DNA of 64,000 bases from positions 7,933 to 71,932 of the forward strand of contig CAZSRL010000002.1 of assembly GCA_964609615.1 (NCBI GenBank), in the 5' to 3' direction. Of this stretch, positions 39,604 through 50,488 are shown in pieces. The notes beneath the pieces are model-generated. The model saw only the letters and a list, made by a program, of their open reading frames with translations, did no database searches and was not told the origin of the DNA. Positions within the stretch are counted from its first letter, which is position 1. Each line of letters begins with the position of its first letter. The translations under genes were made by a program, and so were the position numbers. Source of the stretch: an uncultured Muribaculaceae bacterium. Lineage in GTDB: Bacteria > Bacillota_I > Bacilli_A > RF39 > UBA660.

Positions 39604-40372
39604 TCACTTCCTTTGCAAGGTTAATATATGCCTCTGCCCCTCTACTTTCTGCAGAATAAGCAAGAATAGGTTCTCCATGAGATGGAGCTTCTGCTAATTT
39701 TATAAGTCTTGGAATTATTGTATTAAATACTTTTTCTTTAAAAAATTTTCTGACATCTTCTACAACTTCAAGTCCAATTAATGTTCTTCCATCAAGCATT
39801 GTTAATAATACTCCTTCAATATCTAGTTTTGGATTTAAACTATTTTGAGTCATTATTATTGTATTTAGCAATTGTGTTACACCTTCTAATGCAAAATATT
39901 CACATTGTACTGGTATTAAAACTGAATCGGATGCAGCAAGTGCGTTAGTGGTAAGTAATCCTAGCGAAGGTAAACAATCTATTAAAATATAATCAAAACT
40001 TTCTTTTATCATATCTAATTGAATTTTTAATTGTTCTCCTAATTTAAATTCAGCATCTTTATTGCCTTTTTGTACAAGTTCGATATCAGTTCCTGCTAAA
40101 TTAATCATTGCAGGAATTACATAAAGATTTTTAAATTTTGTTTTAACCACAGTATCCTTGATATCGCATTTGCCCATTATTGCATCATAAATACCTAATT
40201 CTATTTCACTTCTATTAACCCCTAAACCTGTAGATGAGTTTCCTTGTGGGTCCAAATCAACTAAAAGTACACTCTTGCCTAGATAACCTAGAGATGCACT
40301 TAAGTTTATACTGGTTGTTGTTTTTCCAACTCCGCCTTTTTGATTAACTAATGCAATTACTTTTCCCATCAT
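39584..40372 (-). CDS. parA: chromosome partitioning ATPase ParA/Soj
   Basis: Deviant Walker A NQKGGVGKTTT. Confidence 0.9.
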   Translation of the reverse strand: MMGKVIALVNQKGGVGKTTTSINLSASLGYLGKSVLLVDLDPQGNSSTGLGVNRSEIELGIYDAIMGKCDIKDTVVKTKFKNLYVIPAMINLAGTDIELVQKGNKDAEFKLGEQLKIQLDMIKESFDYILIDCLPSLGLLTTNALAASDSVLIPVQCEYFALEGVTQLLNTIIMTQNSLNPKLDIEGVLLTMLDGRTLIGLEVVEDVRKFFKEKVFNTIIPRLIKLAEAPSHGEPILAYSAESRGAEAYINLAKEVIERNGQ

Positions 40373-40467
40373 CCATACCTCACTTACATGTTTTTCAATT
40401 AATATTTTATCACAATATAAGATTTTTTTAAACTTATTTTAGTGAAAATATAAAAAAATAAAAAAGT

Positions 40468-40956
40468 TTATAAATAATAACCGTTATAAACTTTTTTATT
40501 TTCATTTATTGTAATAAAAGCGTTTTTTTCAAAAGCGTTAACTATTTCTTTTATATAAGTCACTCTTTTAGAAGTAGTTCCAATAAGTTCTTTCCCCATA
40601 ATCTTAACAACGCTCACAGAATATCCATTATTAATCAGTTCATTTACTAACTTTTTATTTTTCTTGCAAATAATGTTTACCGATACATAAATAGTAGAAT
40701 ATTTTTCTATTATAATCATCCCTATATATGTTCCAAGTGCAAATCCTAAGGAATAACTAATTACAACCACAATTGAAAAATTATTTGGATCAATTGATTC
40801 TTTGAATATTACAAGCCAAATAATAGTTTCTATAAAAGCTATTATTGTGGCAATAGATTTTTGATTCTTAACTGTTGTTATAGTTCTTAGAGTTCCTAAT
40901 GTTGTATCTATTAACCTTGTAAAGAATATAACAAAACAAAATAATATTATTTTCAT
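40468..40956 (-). CDS. UPF0316 family protein (DUF2179)
   Basis: TTLGTLRTITTVKNQKSIATIIAFIETIIWL matches UPF0316 N-terminus. Confidence 0.6.
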   Translation of the reverse strand: MKIILFCFVIFFTRLIDTTLGTLRTITTVKNQKSIATIIAFIETIIWLVIFKESIDPNNFSIVVVISYSLGFALGTYIGMIIIEKYSTIYVSVNIICKKNKKLVNELINNGYSVSVVKIMGKELIGTTSKRVTYIKEIVNAFEKNAFITINENKKVYNGYYL

Positions 40957-40984
40957 AATATTATTTTCTCACAAAATGTAAATT

Positions 40985-42841
40985 TTATTCTTTTTCAGTT
41001 TCTTTTGGAAGTTTTTTATACTTTACTAAGTAATCTATTTCTTCTTTTGTTATTGTTTCTTTTTCAAGTAAAGTCTTAGCAATCAAATCAAGTAAATCAG
41101 TATTTTCTGAAATGATTTTTTTTGTTTTTTGATAACTTTTATCAATTATTTTTCTCATTTCTTGATCTATTTCATATGCAACTTGACTTGAAAAATTTCT
41201 ACTTTTATTGTAGTCTCTTCCTAAAAAGACACTTGATTCTTGATGTTCAAATTGAATAGGTCCTAAATCACTCATTCCATATTCAGTTACCATTGCTCTT
41301 GCAATTTTAGTTGCTTTTTCAAAATCATTATGAGCTCCAGTTGTAACTTCTTTAAATTTTATTTCTTCAGCAACCCTACCTGCTAATAAACTACTTATTG
41401 TTTCTAATAATTCAGTCTTTGTAGATAACGCAAGCTTTTCTTCTTTTGGAAGCATTAAATTATATCCTCCAGCATTTCCTCTTGGAATAATAGTTATCTT
41501 TTGAACTTCATTTGCTCCTTCAAGTTTTATTCCGACAACAGCATGACCTGCTTCGTGATAAGCAACCATTTCTCTTTCAAGTTTTGTATATTTTTTACTT
41601 TTCTTAGCTGGACCCATCATTACTCTGTCATGAGCTTCATCTATTTCTGACATAGATATTGCATTTTTATTTCTACGAACTGTTAATAAGGCTGCTTCAT
41701 TTAATAAGTTTTCCAAGGCTGCTCCACTAAACCCAACAGTTCTAGTTGCTATATTACTAAGAGTTAGTCCTTCTACAAATTTTTTGTTTCTAGCATGAAC
41801 TGCCAATATTTCTTCTCTTCCTTTTTTATCTGGAAATGCAACAGTAACCTGTCTATCAAACCTTCCAGGTCTTAATAATGCAGGATCTAATACATCCGGT
41901 CTATTTGTTGCTGCAATAATTATAATTCCTTCATTTGCGCCAAATCCGTCCATTTCTGTTAGCAATTGGTTTAATGTTTGTTCTCTTTCATCATGTCCTC
42001 CACCAATACCTGATCCTCTTTGTCGTCCAACAGCATCAATTTCATCAATAAACACTAGACATGGTGCGCTTTGTTTTGCCTGTTTAAACATATCTCTAAC
42101 TCTTGATGCTCCAACACCAACAAATAATTCTACAAAATCAGAACCACTTATATAATAAAATGGAACTTTAGCTTCTCCTGCTACTGCTTTGGCAAGCAAA
42201 GTTTTACCCGTTCCAGGAGGGCCAACTAAAAGTACACCTTTTGGTATTCTTGCTCCTAGTTTAGTAAATTTTTTTGGATTTTTTAAAAAGTCAATTAATT
42301 CACTTACCTCTTCTTTTTCTTCATCTAAAGCTGCAACATCTTTAAAAGTTACTTTACCAGTTTCTTCGCTTAATTTCGCCTTACTTTTTCCAAAATCAAA
42401 TGATTGTTTATTGCCTCCGCCAAGTTTAGTAAATATATATATTGTTGCACCTATTAATAATAATAATGGCAAAACATTAATCATAAATGACCATAAAGAA
42501 CTTGATTTCGGATCACTTTTTACTTTCACATCTAAACTTTGTGATTTTGCATCTTTTAAAATATCATCTATTACTGAATCAGTTAAAGGAACAGTTAATT
42601 TAAATGATTCCTTTTTTTCATAATTCTTCATCTTTCCAGTTAATTCATAAACACCTGCAGTATTTTTTGGAGTAACTGTTAATTCCTTTATTTTTTCATC
42701 TTCCAACTCAGAAATAAAAGTATTATAGGTTAGTTCATTGACCTTTACATTTACCATATTAAATACATATAATGTGCCTAAAATTATCATAAATAGTACA
42801 ATGTAAGGTACCCAAGTATTTTTATTTGTTTTTTGTTTCAT
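40985..42841 (-). CDS. ftsH: ATP-dependent zinc metalloprotease FtsH
   Basis: AAA+ GPPGTGKT; zinc site HEAGHA; two N-terminal TM helices. Confidence 0.95.
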   Translation of the reverse strand: MKQKTNKNTWVPYIVLFMIILGTLYVFNMVNVKVNELTYNTFISELEDEKIKELTVTPKNTAGVYELTGKMKNYEKKESFKLTVPLTDSVIDDILKDAKSQSLDVKVKSDPKSSSLWSFMINVLPLLLLIGATIYIFTKLGGGNKQSFDFGKSKAKLSEETGKVTFKDVAALDEEKEEVSELIDFLKNPKKFTKLGARIPKGVLLVGPPGTGKTLLAKAVAGEAKVPFYYISGSDFVELFVGVGASRVRDMFKQAKQSAPCLVFIDEIDAVGRQRGSGIGGGHDEREQTLNQLLTEMDGFGANEGIIIIAATNRPDVLDPALLRPGRFDRQVTVAFPDKKGREEILAVHARNKKFVEGLTLSNIATRTVGFSGAALENLLNEAALLTVRRNKNAISMSEIDEAHDRVMMGPAKKSKKYTKLEREMVAYHEAGHAVVGIKLEGANEVQKITIIPRGNAGGYNLMLPKEEKLALSTKTELLETISSLLAGRVAEEIKFKEVTTGAHNDFEKATKIARAMVTEYGMSDLGPIQFEHQESSVFLGRDYNKSRNFSSQVAYEIDQEMRKIIDKSYQKTKKIISENTDLLDLIAKTLLEKETITKEEIDYLVKYKKLPKETEKE

Positions 42842-42856
42842 AAATTTCTCCTTTTC

Positions 42857-44182
42857 TTAATAATATCGTAGTATAATATCATACTCTTCATCAATACTTT
42901 TGTCAAACTTGGATTTTTTTAATCCAGGCAACCATATTATTTTTCCAGTCGCATCACAAACAATTGGCCAAATTTCTCTATCATCAAGTTTAATTTTTTC
43001 ATTTATAAATATATCATTAATCTTTTTTCTACCAATCATACCTTTAATTTCCATTTTATCACCATTATGTCTGCTTCTTACATATAATGGTAGGGTTACT
43101 TTATTACTATTAAGTCTTGTACAAAAATTATTTGTCCATTCACATGATTTAACTTTGGAAATGTTTTTAGCATTTGGCAAATTAACAATATCTATAATTT
43201 CTACCTCATATGCTTCATTTAATTCTTCTTTTACGTCGAAAGATAAAAATTCATATTCCTTTTTTACAATTACATTATTTGGTAAATGTACTTTTGCATT
43301 TGCTTTGTTTGATTTTATTAAATGAAATATCAAATCCACATGAGAATCGCTAATTATAATTAAATCGTCATTATATATTTTTTCAAGCATGTTATATAGT
43401 ATTTTAACCTGTAATAAATGATCTGTTTTATTAAACTCATCCAAATTAATTGTATGTTGTTTTACAACTTTTTTTATTACATTATTCATTTGTTTATCAA
43501 TAAATGCATTATATTCTAAAAGTGTTTCACTATATTTCAAAAATTTTTTATGGACATGTTCATCTTCTGTTTTAAAAAATGGTAATACATATTTCCTATA
43601 TCTATTTCTAGTATAAACATCTTTAAAATTAGATTGATCTGTTCGATATTCAATATTATTTTTCTTAGCATATTCTAGTATTTCAGCCTTAGTTTTTGTA
43701 ATAAGAGGTCTTATAATTTTATAGCCTTCTTTATCCACTATTTTAGAAAAACCGCTGTATCCTTTTAATGTAGAACCTCTAGCAATTCTCATCAAAATAG
43801 TTTCCATTAAATCATCTCCATGATGCGCTGTTGCTAAAAACTGAGCTCCATATTTTTTCACGACTTTTTCAAAATATTTATATCTTATTGTTCTTGCCTC
43901 ATTGTGAAAATTGTCTTCCCCATATTCTTCAATTTTATAATACTCAAAATATATTCCTTTTTCTCCACAATAATTTTCTATAAATGTTTTTTCTTCTGCG
44001 CTTTCTTTTCTTAAATTATGATTTACATGTGCACAAATCAAAAACAAATCCAATTCTTTTTTTAATTCATTAAATATATGTAACAAAACCATAGAATCTG
44101 GTCCACCAGAAATTCCTAATACAATTGTATCTTTATATTTAATACCAGTATTTTTTTTAATATATTCATAAACATCTTTCAT
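42857..44182 (-). CDS. tilS: tRNA(Ile)-lysidine synthetase TilS
   Basis: PP-loop GISGGPDSMVLL; start moved to ATG with GGAGGC RBS (MKDVYEY). Confidence 0.85.
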   Translation of the reverse strand: MKDVYEYIKKNTGIKYKDTIVLGISGGPDSMVLLHIFNELKKELDLFLICAHVNHNLRKESAEEKTFIENYCGEKGIYFEYYKIEEYGEDNFHNEARTIRYKYFEKVVKKYGAQFLATAHHGDDLMETILMRIARGSTLKGYSGFSKIVDKEGYKIIRPLITKTKAEILEYAKKNNIEYRTDQSNFKDVYTRNRYRKYVLPFFKTEDEHVHKKFLKYSETLLEYNAFIDKQMNNVIKKVVKQHTINLDEFNKTDHLLQVKILYNMLEKIYNDDLIIISDSHVDLIFHLIKSNKANAKVHLPNNVIVKKEYEFLSFDVKEELNEAYEVEIIDIVNLPNAKNISKVKSCEWTNNFCTRLNSNKVTLPLYVRSRHNGDKMEIKGMIGRKKINDIFINEKIKLDDREIWPIVCDATGKIIWLPGLKKSKFDKSIDEEYDIILRYY

Positions 44183-44259
44183 TTTAATGCCTCCTACATT
44201 ATGTAATTTTATCAAATATTTTAATAAAAGTATATAACATTAGCTTAAAAAAAGTAACC

Positions 44260-44565
44260 TTAGTTACCTTTATCTTCTTCATCTATACGAATTATGATTT
44301 CTCCATTTTTACTATACATATATTTTTCTCTTGCATATTTTGCTATATATTCTGGGTCATTTAATTTTGTTATTTCTTTATTTAATTTTTCCTCTTCTTC
44401 TAATTTGTTGGCATATTGTTCTTTCAACTGAATTTTTTCTTTTTTGTTTTTATATATTTGAGACCAGTACGAAAACATATTACTCACTAATAAAGTAAAT
44501 AACGGAATAATAATTATTGTTAATAATAATACTTTTCTTTTATGTTTTTTATTTGATCTACTCAT
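44260..44565 (-). CDS. divIC: septum formation initiator DivIC/FtsB family
   Basis: TM helix plus coiled coil, DPEYIAKYAREKYMYSKNGE tail. Confidence 0.8.
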   Translation of the reverse strand: MSRSNKKHKRKVLLLTIIIIPLFTLLVSNMFSYWSQIYKNKKEKIQLKEQYANKLEEEEKLNKEITKLNDPEYIAKYAREKYMYSKNGEIIIRIDEEDKGN

Positions 44566-44616
44566 TTTATTCTCCTAATTATATTTATTTTACCACTTAA
44601 AAAAAAGTAAAACAAA

Positions 44617-44931
44617 TTATTCATCTTTAATTTTACTTTTTTTTACATTAAAATTTAAAAATTTTCTAAGTTTATAATTGTTTTTATTAAACAAGCTAAA
44701 TCCAATAATTAAAACTATAATAAAATACACATGTATTATTCCATTATTAATTTTTCTTAAACATATAAAGTATAACAAAAATACATTTACAAAAATTAAT
44801 AAATTTAATAACATTTTATATTTTAATTTTGTGTTATTAAGATAATAATAAAGAATGTTTACTATGTATGAAACAAGTATTCCATATGAAAAAGAAAAAA
44901 TAAGAGAAAGTAATTGTTTTTCTAATTCCAT
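44617..44931 (-). CDS. yabQ: spore cortex biosynthesis protein YabQ-like (short)
   Basis: Small polytopic membrane protein between yabP and divIC, as in Bacillus. Confidence 0.5.
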   Translation of the reverse strand: MELEKQLLSLIFSFSYGILVSYIVNILYYYLNNTKLKYKMLLNLLIFVNVFLLYFICLRKINNGIIHVYFIIVLIIGFSLFNKNNYKLRKFLNFNVKKSKIKDE

Positions 44932-45224
44932 TATTTAAAAAGTTTAGACATTATAGATTCATTTTTAATTTTTTTATTAGAATCTTCTAAATAATTTAAA
45001 CTATTTATTTTTCCTTTTATAGATATAGTACCTTGAAATGTATCAAGTTTCAGTAATTCTAATGTATTTCCTTTAACAAGAACATAACCCATGCTGGATT
45101 CTATTATAAATTCTTCTTCATTAAAACTGTCTATTTTTTTTATTCCAGTTAAAACAATACTTTTCCTCTCATTTATTTGTATAGTGTGATTTATTGTTGC
45201 TTGTACGTCATTAATCTTGTCCAT
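44931..45224 (-). CDS. yabP: sporulation protein YabP
   Basis: NERKSIVLTGIKKIDSFNEEEFIIESSMGYVLVKGNTLELLKLD matches the YabP family. Confidence 0.8.
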   Translation of the reverse strand: MDKINDVQATINHTIQINERKSIVLTGIKKIDSFNEEEFIIESSMGYVLVKGNTLELLKLDTFQGTISIKGKINSLNYLEDSNKKIKNESIMSKLFK

Positions 45225-45261
45225 ATTCCCTCCTATTTAAAAATATGAACATAACAATTAT

Positions 45262-45295
45262 TTAGAACAAAAAAAACGTCTTACGACGTCTTATT
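45262..45295 (-). terminator. terminator after spoVG
   Basis: ACGTCTTACGACGT hairpin with A/T run. Confidence 0.45.
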
Positions 45296-45599
45296 CTTCT
45301 TCTGCAGCTTCTTCTGTTTCTTTTTTATTTTCAGGAACATAGTCTTCTGCATTTTCGTATGCATTTAAAATTTCTTTTTCAAATTTGCTTCTTGTTTCTT
45401 GTGTTATTGGATGAGCAATATCTTTATAATCGCCAGTAGGTGTTTTTCTACTAGGCATTGCTATAAATAATCCTTTTTCACCTTCTATAATTCTAATATC
45501 GTGTACTGCGAATTCGTCATCTAGTAAAACTGAAGCTATTCCTTTCATACGAGAATTTTCTTTTTCAACTTTTCTAATGTTGACAGATGTAATTTCCAT
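45291..45599 (-). CDS. spoVG: septation protein SpoVG
   Basis: [11 protein letters not shown]...[48 protein letters not shown]. Confidence 0.95.
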   Translation of the reverse strand: MEITSVNIRKVEKENSRMKGIASVLLDDEFAVHDIRIIEGEKGLFIAMPSRKTPTGDYKDIAHPITQETRSKFEKEILNAYENAEDYVPENKKETEEAAEEE

Positions 45600-45668
45600 T
45601 TAAACATTCCTCCCATGCATTAAATCTAATTTCATTTTACAATGTTTTTTTTAATAAAGCAATAAATT

Positions 45669-45881
45669 TTAAATAATTTTAACTATTAGAGTTTTTGTTA
45701 AAATATCAGAATAACTAAATGACTTTATTTCCTTTTCTCTTCTAATAATAAATAAGTAAGGATATGTTTCACTAATTTCTCCTTTAAAATATTCATACTT
45801 GTTTCGCCCTATGTTTATTTTAACTTCTACTTGTTTGCCTTTAATATTTTCTGTTTGTTCTTTAATTTTTAATATATTCAT
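45669..45881 (-). CDS. veg: Veg (DUF1021) protein
   Basis: GKQVEVKINIGRNKYEYFKGEISETYPYLFII...SFSYSDILT. Confidence 0.85.
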   Translation of the reverse strand: MNILKIKEQTENIKGKQVEVKINIGRNKYEYFKGEISETYPYLFIIRREKEIKSFSYSDILTKTLIVKII

Positions 45882-45886
45882 TTTAA

Positions 45887-46671
45887 TTACCTTGGAAATC
45901 CAATATACATCATCCCCTTTGACATTAACCCTCCTATACCATCTTTTCCATATTTAGTTTTATTCAATAACTTGATTAATTCTATTTCTTCATTTCTATC
46001 ACTTAAACTTATAGTAGTTGCTATTATAGCGGTATCTAATGCATGAATATTTATTCTTTTAGGACTGGAAGCAAAAGTTGCACCTGCTTTAATTAATTCT
46101 TCATAATTGCTTTGACATGCTCCAGCTATAATTACTAGTTTATCATATGATTTTTCATACTTCCTTGCGATTTTTACAGATTGTATAAAGTATTCACTAT
46201 TTTTATAGTCATTATTTTGGTCTTTTCTTTTTTTATAATATGCATCATGTCCCGTTATAATTAATATATCAGGATTTACTTCGTTTAAATATTTGTCTAA
46301 ATTGTTTTCTAAATCTTTTTCACTTAAGCATATTCCATATGCAAGAACACTGCTTTTTTATAAAATTTCATACACCTTTTTAAATACTCATTATCGCTAT
46401 CTATGTGAAGTATTTTACCTGGCAAATAAAAATATTCGTCTCTATTATCTTTTTTTAAATCTGATACTCTTTTTAAATATTCTTCATCATTTTCTAATAT
46501 TTTTTTATTTTCTTTCTTTAAATCTTCTTTTATAGCATCAGCTTCTAATCGATAATTAATTCCTCGTAAATAATAATTATCTTCCTTTATTTTTATTACT
46601 TCAAAGACAATATCATTTTTATATGAGTTTCTTGTAACAAAATCACCTACATTCATCATAAATATCACCAA
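45887..46671 (-). pseudogene. yabG: sporulation-specific protease YabG, frameshifted at a homopolymer (T6 on plus strand at 46354-46359)
   Basis: N-terminal 115-aa ORF matches the YabG N-terminus (GDFVTRNSYKNDIVFEVI...YLPGKILHIDSDNEYLKRC); the next frame continues ...DILIITGHDAY...VIIAGACQSNYEELIKAGATFASSPKRINIHALD to the stop at 45887. Confidence 0.75.
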
Positions 46672-46702
46672 TTAACTTTATGCAATTATAAAAAAAAAAT
46701 AC

Positions 46703-47482
46703 CTAATTTAAATAATTAGATATTTCAACAAATTCTTCTATAGTTAATGATTCTGCTCTGTAAGTAAGATCTTTCTTTAATATTTTTAAACATTTTTCTA
46801 CTTTTATTAAATCATATTCTTTTAAATTATTCCTTAAATTTTTTCTTTTATATTTAAAGGAATCTCTTATTAATTCAAATAAATGTTCTTCGTTATTAAC
46901 CTTCATTTTTTCTTTTCTTTTATAAAATTTTAAAACAACACTATCTATCTTAGGTGATGGTACAAAACAATTTTTTGAAACTTTAATAATTTTTTTAATC
47001 TCAAAATAATAATTTAAAAAAACAGTTAAAGAATTATACATTTTAGTATTATTTAAAGCACAAAATCTATCACCCACTTCTTTTTGTACCATGAATACCA
47101 TTTCGTTAATATTTATATTTGAATATATTATTTTCATTATTATTGGCGTTGTTATATAATATGGCAAGTTTCCAATAAAATAAATATTTTTATAGGCTTT
47201 AGTATGTTTTTCCAAATCAACATCTAAAAAATTCTCGAACAAAATCTTTAAATTATCACATTTTATTTTTTTCAATTCTTCTTCTAGTCTTTTATCAATT
47301 TCAAAACATAAAACATCACAATTCTTATTTACAAGTTTTTTGGTTAAGGCTCCACTACCTGGGCCAATTTCTATAATTAAATCATCTTTTAAGGGACTAA
47401 TTGATTCTACTATTTTATTTACAATATTATTATCTATTAAAAAATTTTGTCCTAATGATTTCTTATAATTAAAGTTTTTCAT
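46703..47482 (-). CDS. rsmA: 16S rRNA (adenine1518/1519-N6)-dimethyltransferase RsmA/KsgA
   Basis: KSLGQNFLID; SAM motif IEIGPGSGALT. Confidence 0.9.
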   Translation of the reverse strand: MKNFNYKKSLGQNFLIDNNIVNKIVESISPLKDDLIIEIGPGSGALTKKLVNKNCDVLCFEIDKRLEEELKKIKCDNLKILFENFLDVDLEKHTKAYKNIYFIGNLPYYITTPIIMKIIYSNININEMVFMVQKEVGDRFCALNNTKMYNSLTVFLNYYFEIKKIIKVSKNCFVPSPKIDSVVLKFYKRKEKMKVNNEEHLFELIRDSFKYKRKNLRNNLKEYDLIKVEKCLKILKKDLTYRAESLTIEEFVEISNYLN

Positions 47483-47509
47483 AACAAATATCCTCTTTTT
47501 GCAAAAATA

Positions 47510-48211
47510 TTACCAACCCACTCTTAAAACTTGAAATTCAAAATTTGAAATTCTTCCAATTTTATACGCATCTTTAACATTTGTAGTCAATAAGTCAACC
47601 ACATTACCACTTACCCCTCTATCCATTGCAACTGCATTAACTTGCGTTCCTCTTAAATTGAATTTTAAAATTGTACCACATTTATAATTTGAACTTGTGG
47701 CAACTATTCTAACATTTCCATATTTTGAATCATTATAATATATTCCGTTCTTGCTTACAACATATCTAGATCCATTTTCTGTATGACAAGCAAGAACACC
47801 AGAACAGCCAGAACAAGTTGCAGTATAAGCAGTTAGTTCTCCCTTAAATGTTGAAATAACTTGAGGATTCGTTTGCGTAGATGATACAACTTTTGTTTTT
47901 TTACTTTGTTGTTTTATAGCCTTTATTTCTTCTTTAATCTGTTTTTTTTCAGTAACTACTGTCTTTTCTACTCTTGTGTTGGTAGATGATTTTTTATCTG
48001 TTTTTTCAATTGCTTGGTTCTCTTTTTCTGTGATTACAGCTAATTCCTGTTGTTTATTTATGATAACTTGTTCTTGTAATGCTTTATCTAAGTTTTCATT
48101 TGCAGTTCCTAATAATTTAATTGAATCAAATAAAGTATCATTCGCTATAAGAAACGAAATGGGTACAATCAATAATAATTGTATTACACTTTTAATTTTT
48201 CTATAAATCAT
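47510..48211 (-). CDS. 3D-domain protein (YabE/YuiC-like)
   Basis: Signal/TM anchor; C-terminal 3D (MltA-like) domain with ...VAMDRGVSGNVVDLL. Confidence 0.65.
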   Translation of the reverse strand: MIYRKIKSVIQLLLIVPISFLIANDTLFDSIKLLGTANENLDKALQEQVIINKQQELAVITEKENQAIEKTDKKSSTNTRVEKTVVTEKKQIKEEIKAIKQQSKKTKVVSSTQTNPQVISTFKGELTAYTATCSGCSGVLACHTENGSRYVVSKNGIYYNDSKYGNVRIVATSSNYKCGTILKFNLRGTQVNAVAMDRGVSGNVVDLLTTNVKDAYKIGRISNFEFQVLRVGW

Positions 48212-48250
48212 ACAAATACACCTTAAATTTCTAAAAAAAGTATAACATTT

Positions 48251-49024
48251 TTAGCCATTCAAGTCAAAAAGTTGTATAACATTTTTTGTTGTAGTGTAAA
48301 GCACTTCGGTTTCGGTTTTGTCATAAATGTTTGCAACATATTTTCCAATATTACTTATATATTTTGGTTCGTTTTTCAATTTTCTAAACGGATTTGGTGT
48401 TAAAAAAGGAGAATCAGTTTCTAAAATAATTTTATCTAAAGGTATATCTTTTAATACTTTTCTTTCATCTTCAGCATTTTTAAATGTTATAATTCCATTT
48501 ATTCCAATTAAAAAGCCCATTTTTATTATTTCATACGCTTCCATCTTTGTACCCTTAAAACTATGAAAAACACCTTTTAATTTAAATTTTTTTAATATCT
48601 CAATTATATCTTTATTTGCATCTCTTGAATGAATTATAACAGGCAAATTGTATTTTTCTGCTAAAAAAAGTTGTTTTTTTAATATTTTTATTTGATTTTC
48701 TTTTTCATATGAATCATAGTGATAGTCAAGACCTATTTCTCCAATTGCGTATACTTTGTTTGTTTTTATTAATTGCTCTAGTATTTGAATATCTGTATCA
48801 TTTATTTTACTTAGATTTTCAGGATGTATTCCTATTGCTCCATAAAATATATTTGGATACTTTGATTGTAATTTTATTATTTCATATGAACTATTAATAT
48901 CATCAGCACAATTAATTATTTTTAATACATTTTCCATTTTAGAATTTTCTATAATTTTATCTATGTCAGAATAAAATTCAGATGTTATGTGTGCATGTGA
49001 ATCTATATAATACATTGTTTTCAC
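48251..49024 (-). CDS. tatD: TatD family deoxyribonuclease
   Basis: IDSHAHI...; GEIGLDYH; HSR.A; ETDSPFL. Confidence 0.9.
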   Translation of the reverse strand: MKTMYYIDSHAHITSEFYSDIDKIIENSKMENVLKIINCADDINSSYEIIKLQSKYPNIFYGAIGIHPENLSKINDTDIQILEQLIKTNKVYAIGEIGLDYHYDSYEKENQIKILKKQLFLAEKYNLPVIIHSRDANKDIIEILKKFKLKGVFHSFKGTKMEAYEIIKMGFLIGINGIITFKNAEDERKVLKDIPLDKIILETDSPFLTPNPFRKLKNEPKYISNIGKYVANIYDKTETEVLYTTTKNVIQLFDLNG

Positions 49025-49072
49025 TTCCTCAAAAAATTATATCATAAAAAAAATCGTTTTAATAAAACAATT

Positions 49073-49264
49073 TTATTTACAATAATTAATAATTAGTAAT
49101 TTTATTACATAATATGCCATAAATAATAAAAATAATGCATTAAAAAAATTTTCTATAGTAATAAAATAATAAAATAGCAATCCAGTTAATAATAAAACAA
49201 TTATACTTCTTATTAAAAACGCTTTGTTGACTTTAAGCTTTTTTAAAACTTTTCCAATATTCAT
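49073..49264 (-). CDS. small hypothetical membrane protein (63 aa)
   Basis: Start at MNIGKVL with AAAGGGGA RBS; two TM helices. Confidence 0.4.
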   Translation of the reverse strand: MNIGKVLKKLKVNKAFLIRSIIVLLLTGLLFYYFITIENFFNALFLLFMAYYVIKLLIINYCK

Positions 49265-49358
49265 ATAATTCCCCTTTACTAGAACACGTATCAAGAATAT
49301 ATCAATTATTATTTTGTTTTTCAACATTTTAGACAATAAAAGTTAATGTTTTACATTT

Positions 49359-49883
49359 TTAGACAATATTTTGGTTATTTTTTATTAATTTAACAAGTAA
49401 TTCTATAAATTGTTTATCAATATCTTTTATTTCTCTACTTGATAATAGTACAATCGAACCAAAAAGTTCAGTATTATTTATCAGAGGATAAATAAATGCA
49501 TTGTTTTTTATGTTTATGTTTTCAAACCAATTGTAATTGTCACATATACATATTGTTTTCTTTCTTTCATTTAAAATATTTAAAAATGGTTTGTTAATAG
49601 ATTTATTTGCCAGTTCTAAACTAGAGATTGATGTAACAATTACTTTTTCCAAATTTGTTACAATAATATTTAATTTGAAAATGGTTTCCAAAAGCAAAAC
49701 ATATTCTTTTATGGTTGTTTCAAATCTTTTAAATTGATCATATTTTTTTAAAATGATTTTTTCTTCATCAACAAATATTTCTAAATTTTCATTTTCTTTA
49801 ATATATAAATAAGTTCTAATTTCTTTTGGTATTACAATTCTTCCTAAATCATCAATTTTTCTTACTATTCCAGTACATTTCAT
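49359..49883 (-). CDS. spoVT: stage V sporulation protein T (AbrB-type N-domain + GAF-like domain)
   Basis: MKCTGIVRKIDDLGRIVIPKEIRTYLYIKENENLEIFVD swapped-hairpin domain; AAGGAG RBS. Confidence 0.85.
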   Translation of the reverse strand: MKCTGIVRKIDDLGRIVIPKEIRTYLYIKENENLEIFVDEEKIILKKYDQFKRFETTIKEYVLLLETIFKLNIIVTNLEKVIVTSISSLELANKSINKPFLNILNERKKTICICDNYNWFENINIKNNAFIYPLINNTELFGSIVLLSSREIKDIDKQFIELLVKLIKNNQNIV

Positions 49884-49987
49884 TTTTACTCCTTTAATTA
49901 TATTTTGCATAATAATTGGATATATATACTACAACTTGACTTTTTATTTTGTCTAAAATATACTTAATATAGAAGAGAGATGATATT

Positions 49988-50476
49988 ATGAATAATGTAG
50001 TGGAAGCTATTATTGAAATTCCAATGGGAACTAGAAATAAATTTGAAATTAATAAAGAAACTGGCAGAATGAAATTAGATCGTGTTTTATTTTCTGCTTT
50101 ATCATATCCAGGTGAATATGGATTTATAGATAATACTTTAGCCGAAGACGGAGACCCGTTGGATATATTAATTATAAGTAGCTTTTCTACTTATCCAGGC
50201 TGTATTGTAGAAGCTAGAATTTTAGGATATTTAGAAGTTAATGATGATGGTTATGAAGATGAAAAAATAATTGCTGTTGTTGATAAAGATCCTAGATTTG
50301 AGCAATTAAATGACATTAATGATGTTGCTCCACATATAAAAATGGAAATAAAAGATTTCTTTAGCAATTATAAATCATTACAGGAAATAGATGTAATTGC
50401 AGGAGAATTTAAAAACAGAGATAAAGCAATGGTTTTATTGGAAGAATCAATTGAAAGGTATAAAAACAAGAATTAA
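49988..50476 (+). CDS. ppa: inorganic pyrophosphatase (family I)
   Basis: DGDPLDILII; YPGEYGFI; 162 aa. Confidence 0.9.
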   Translation: MNNVVEAIIEIPMGTRNKFEINKETGRMKLDRVLFSALSYPGEYGFIDNTLAEDGDPLDILIISSFSTYPGCIVEARILGYLEVNDDGYEDEKIIAVVDKDPRFEQLNDINDVAPHIKMEIKDFFSNYKSLQEIDVIAGEFKNRDKAMVLLEESIERYKNKN

Positions 50477-50488
50477 TCATTCTTGTTT

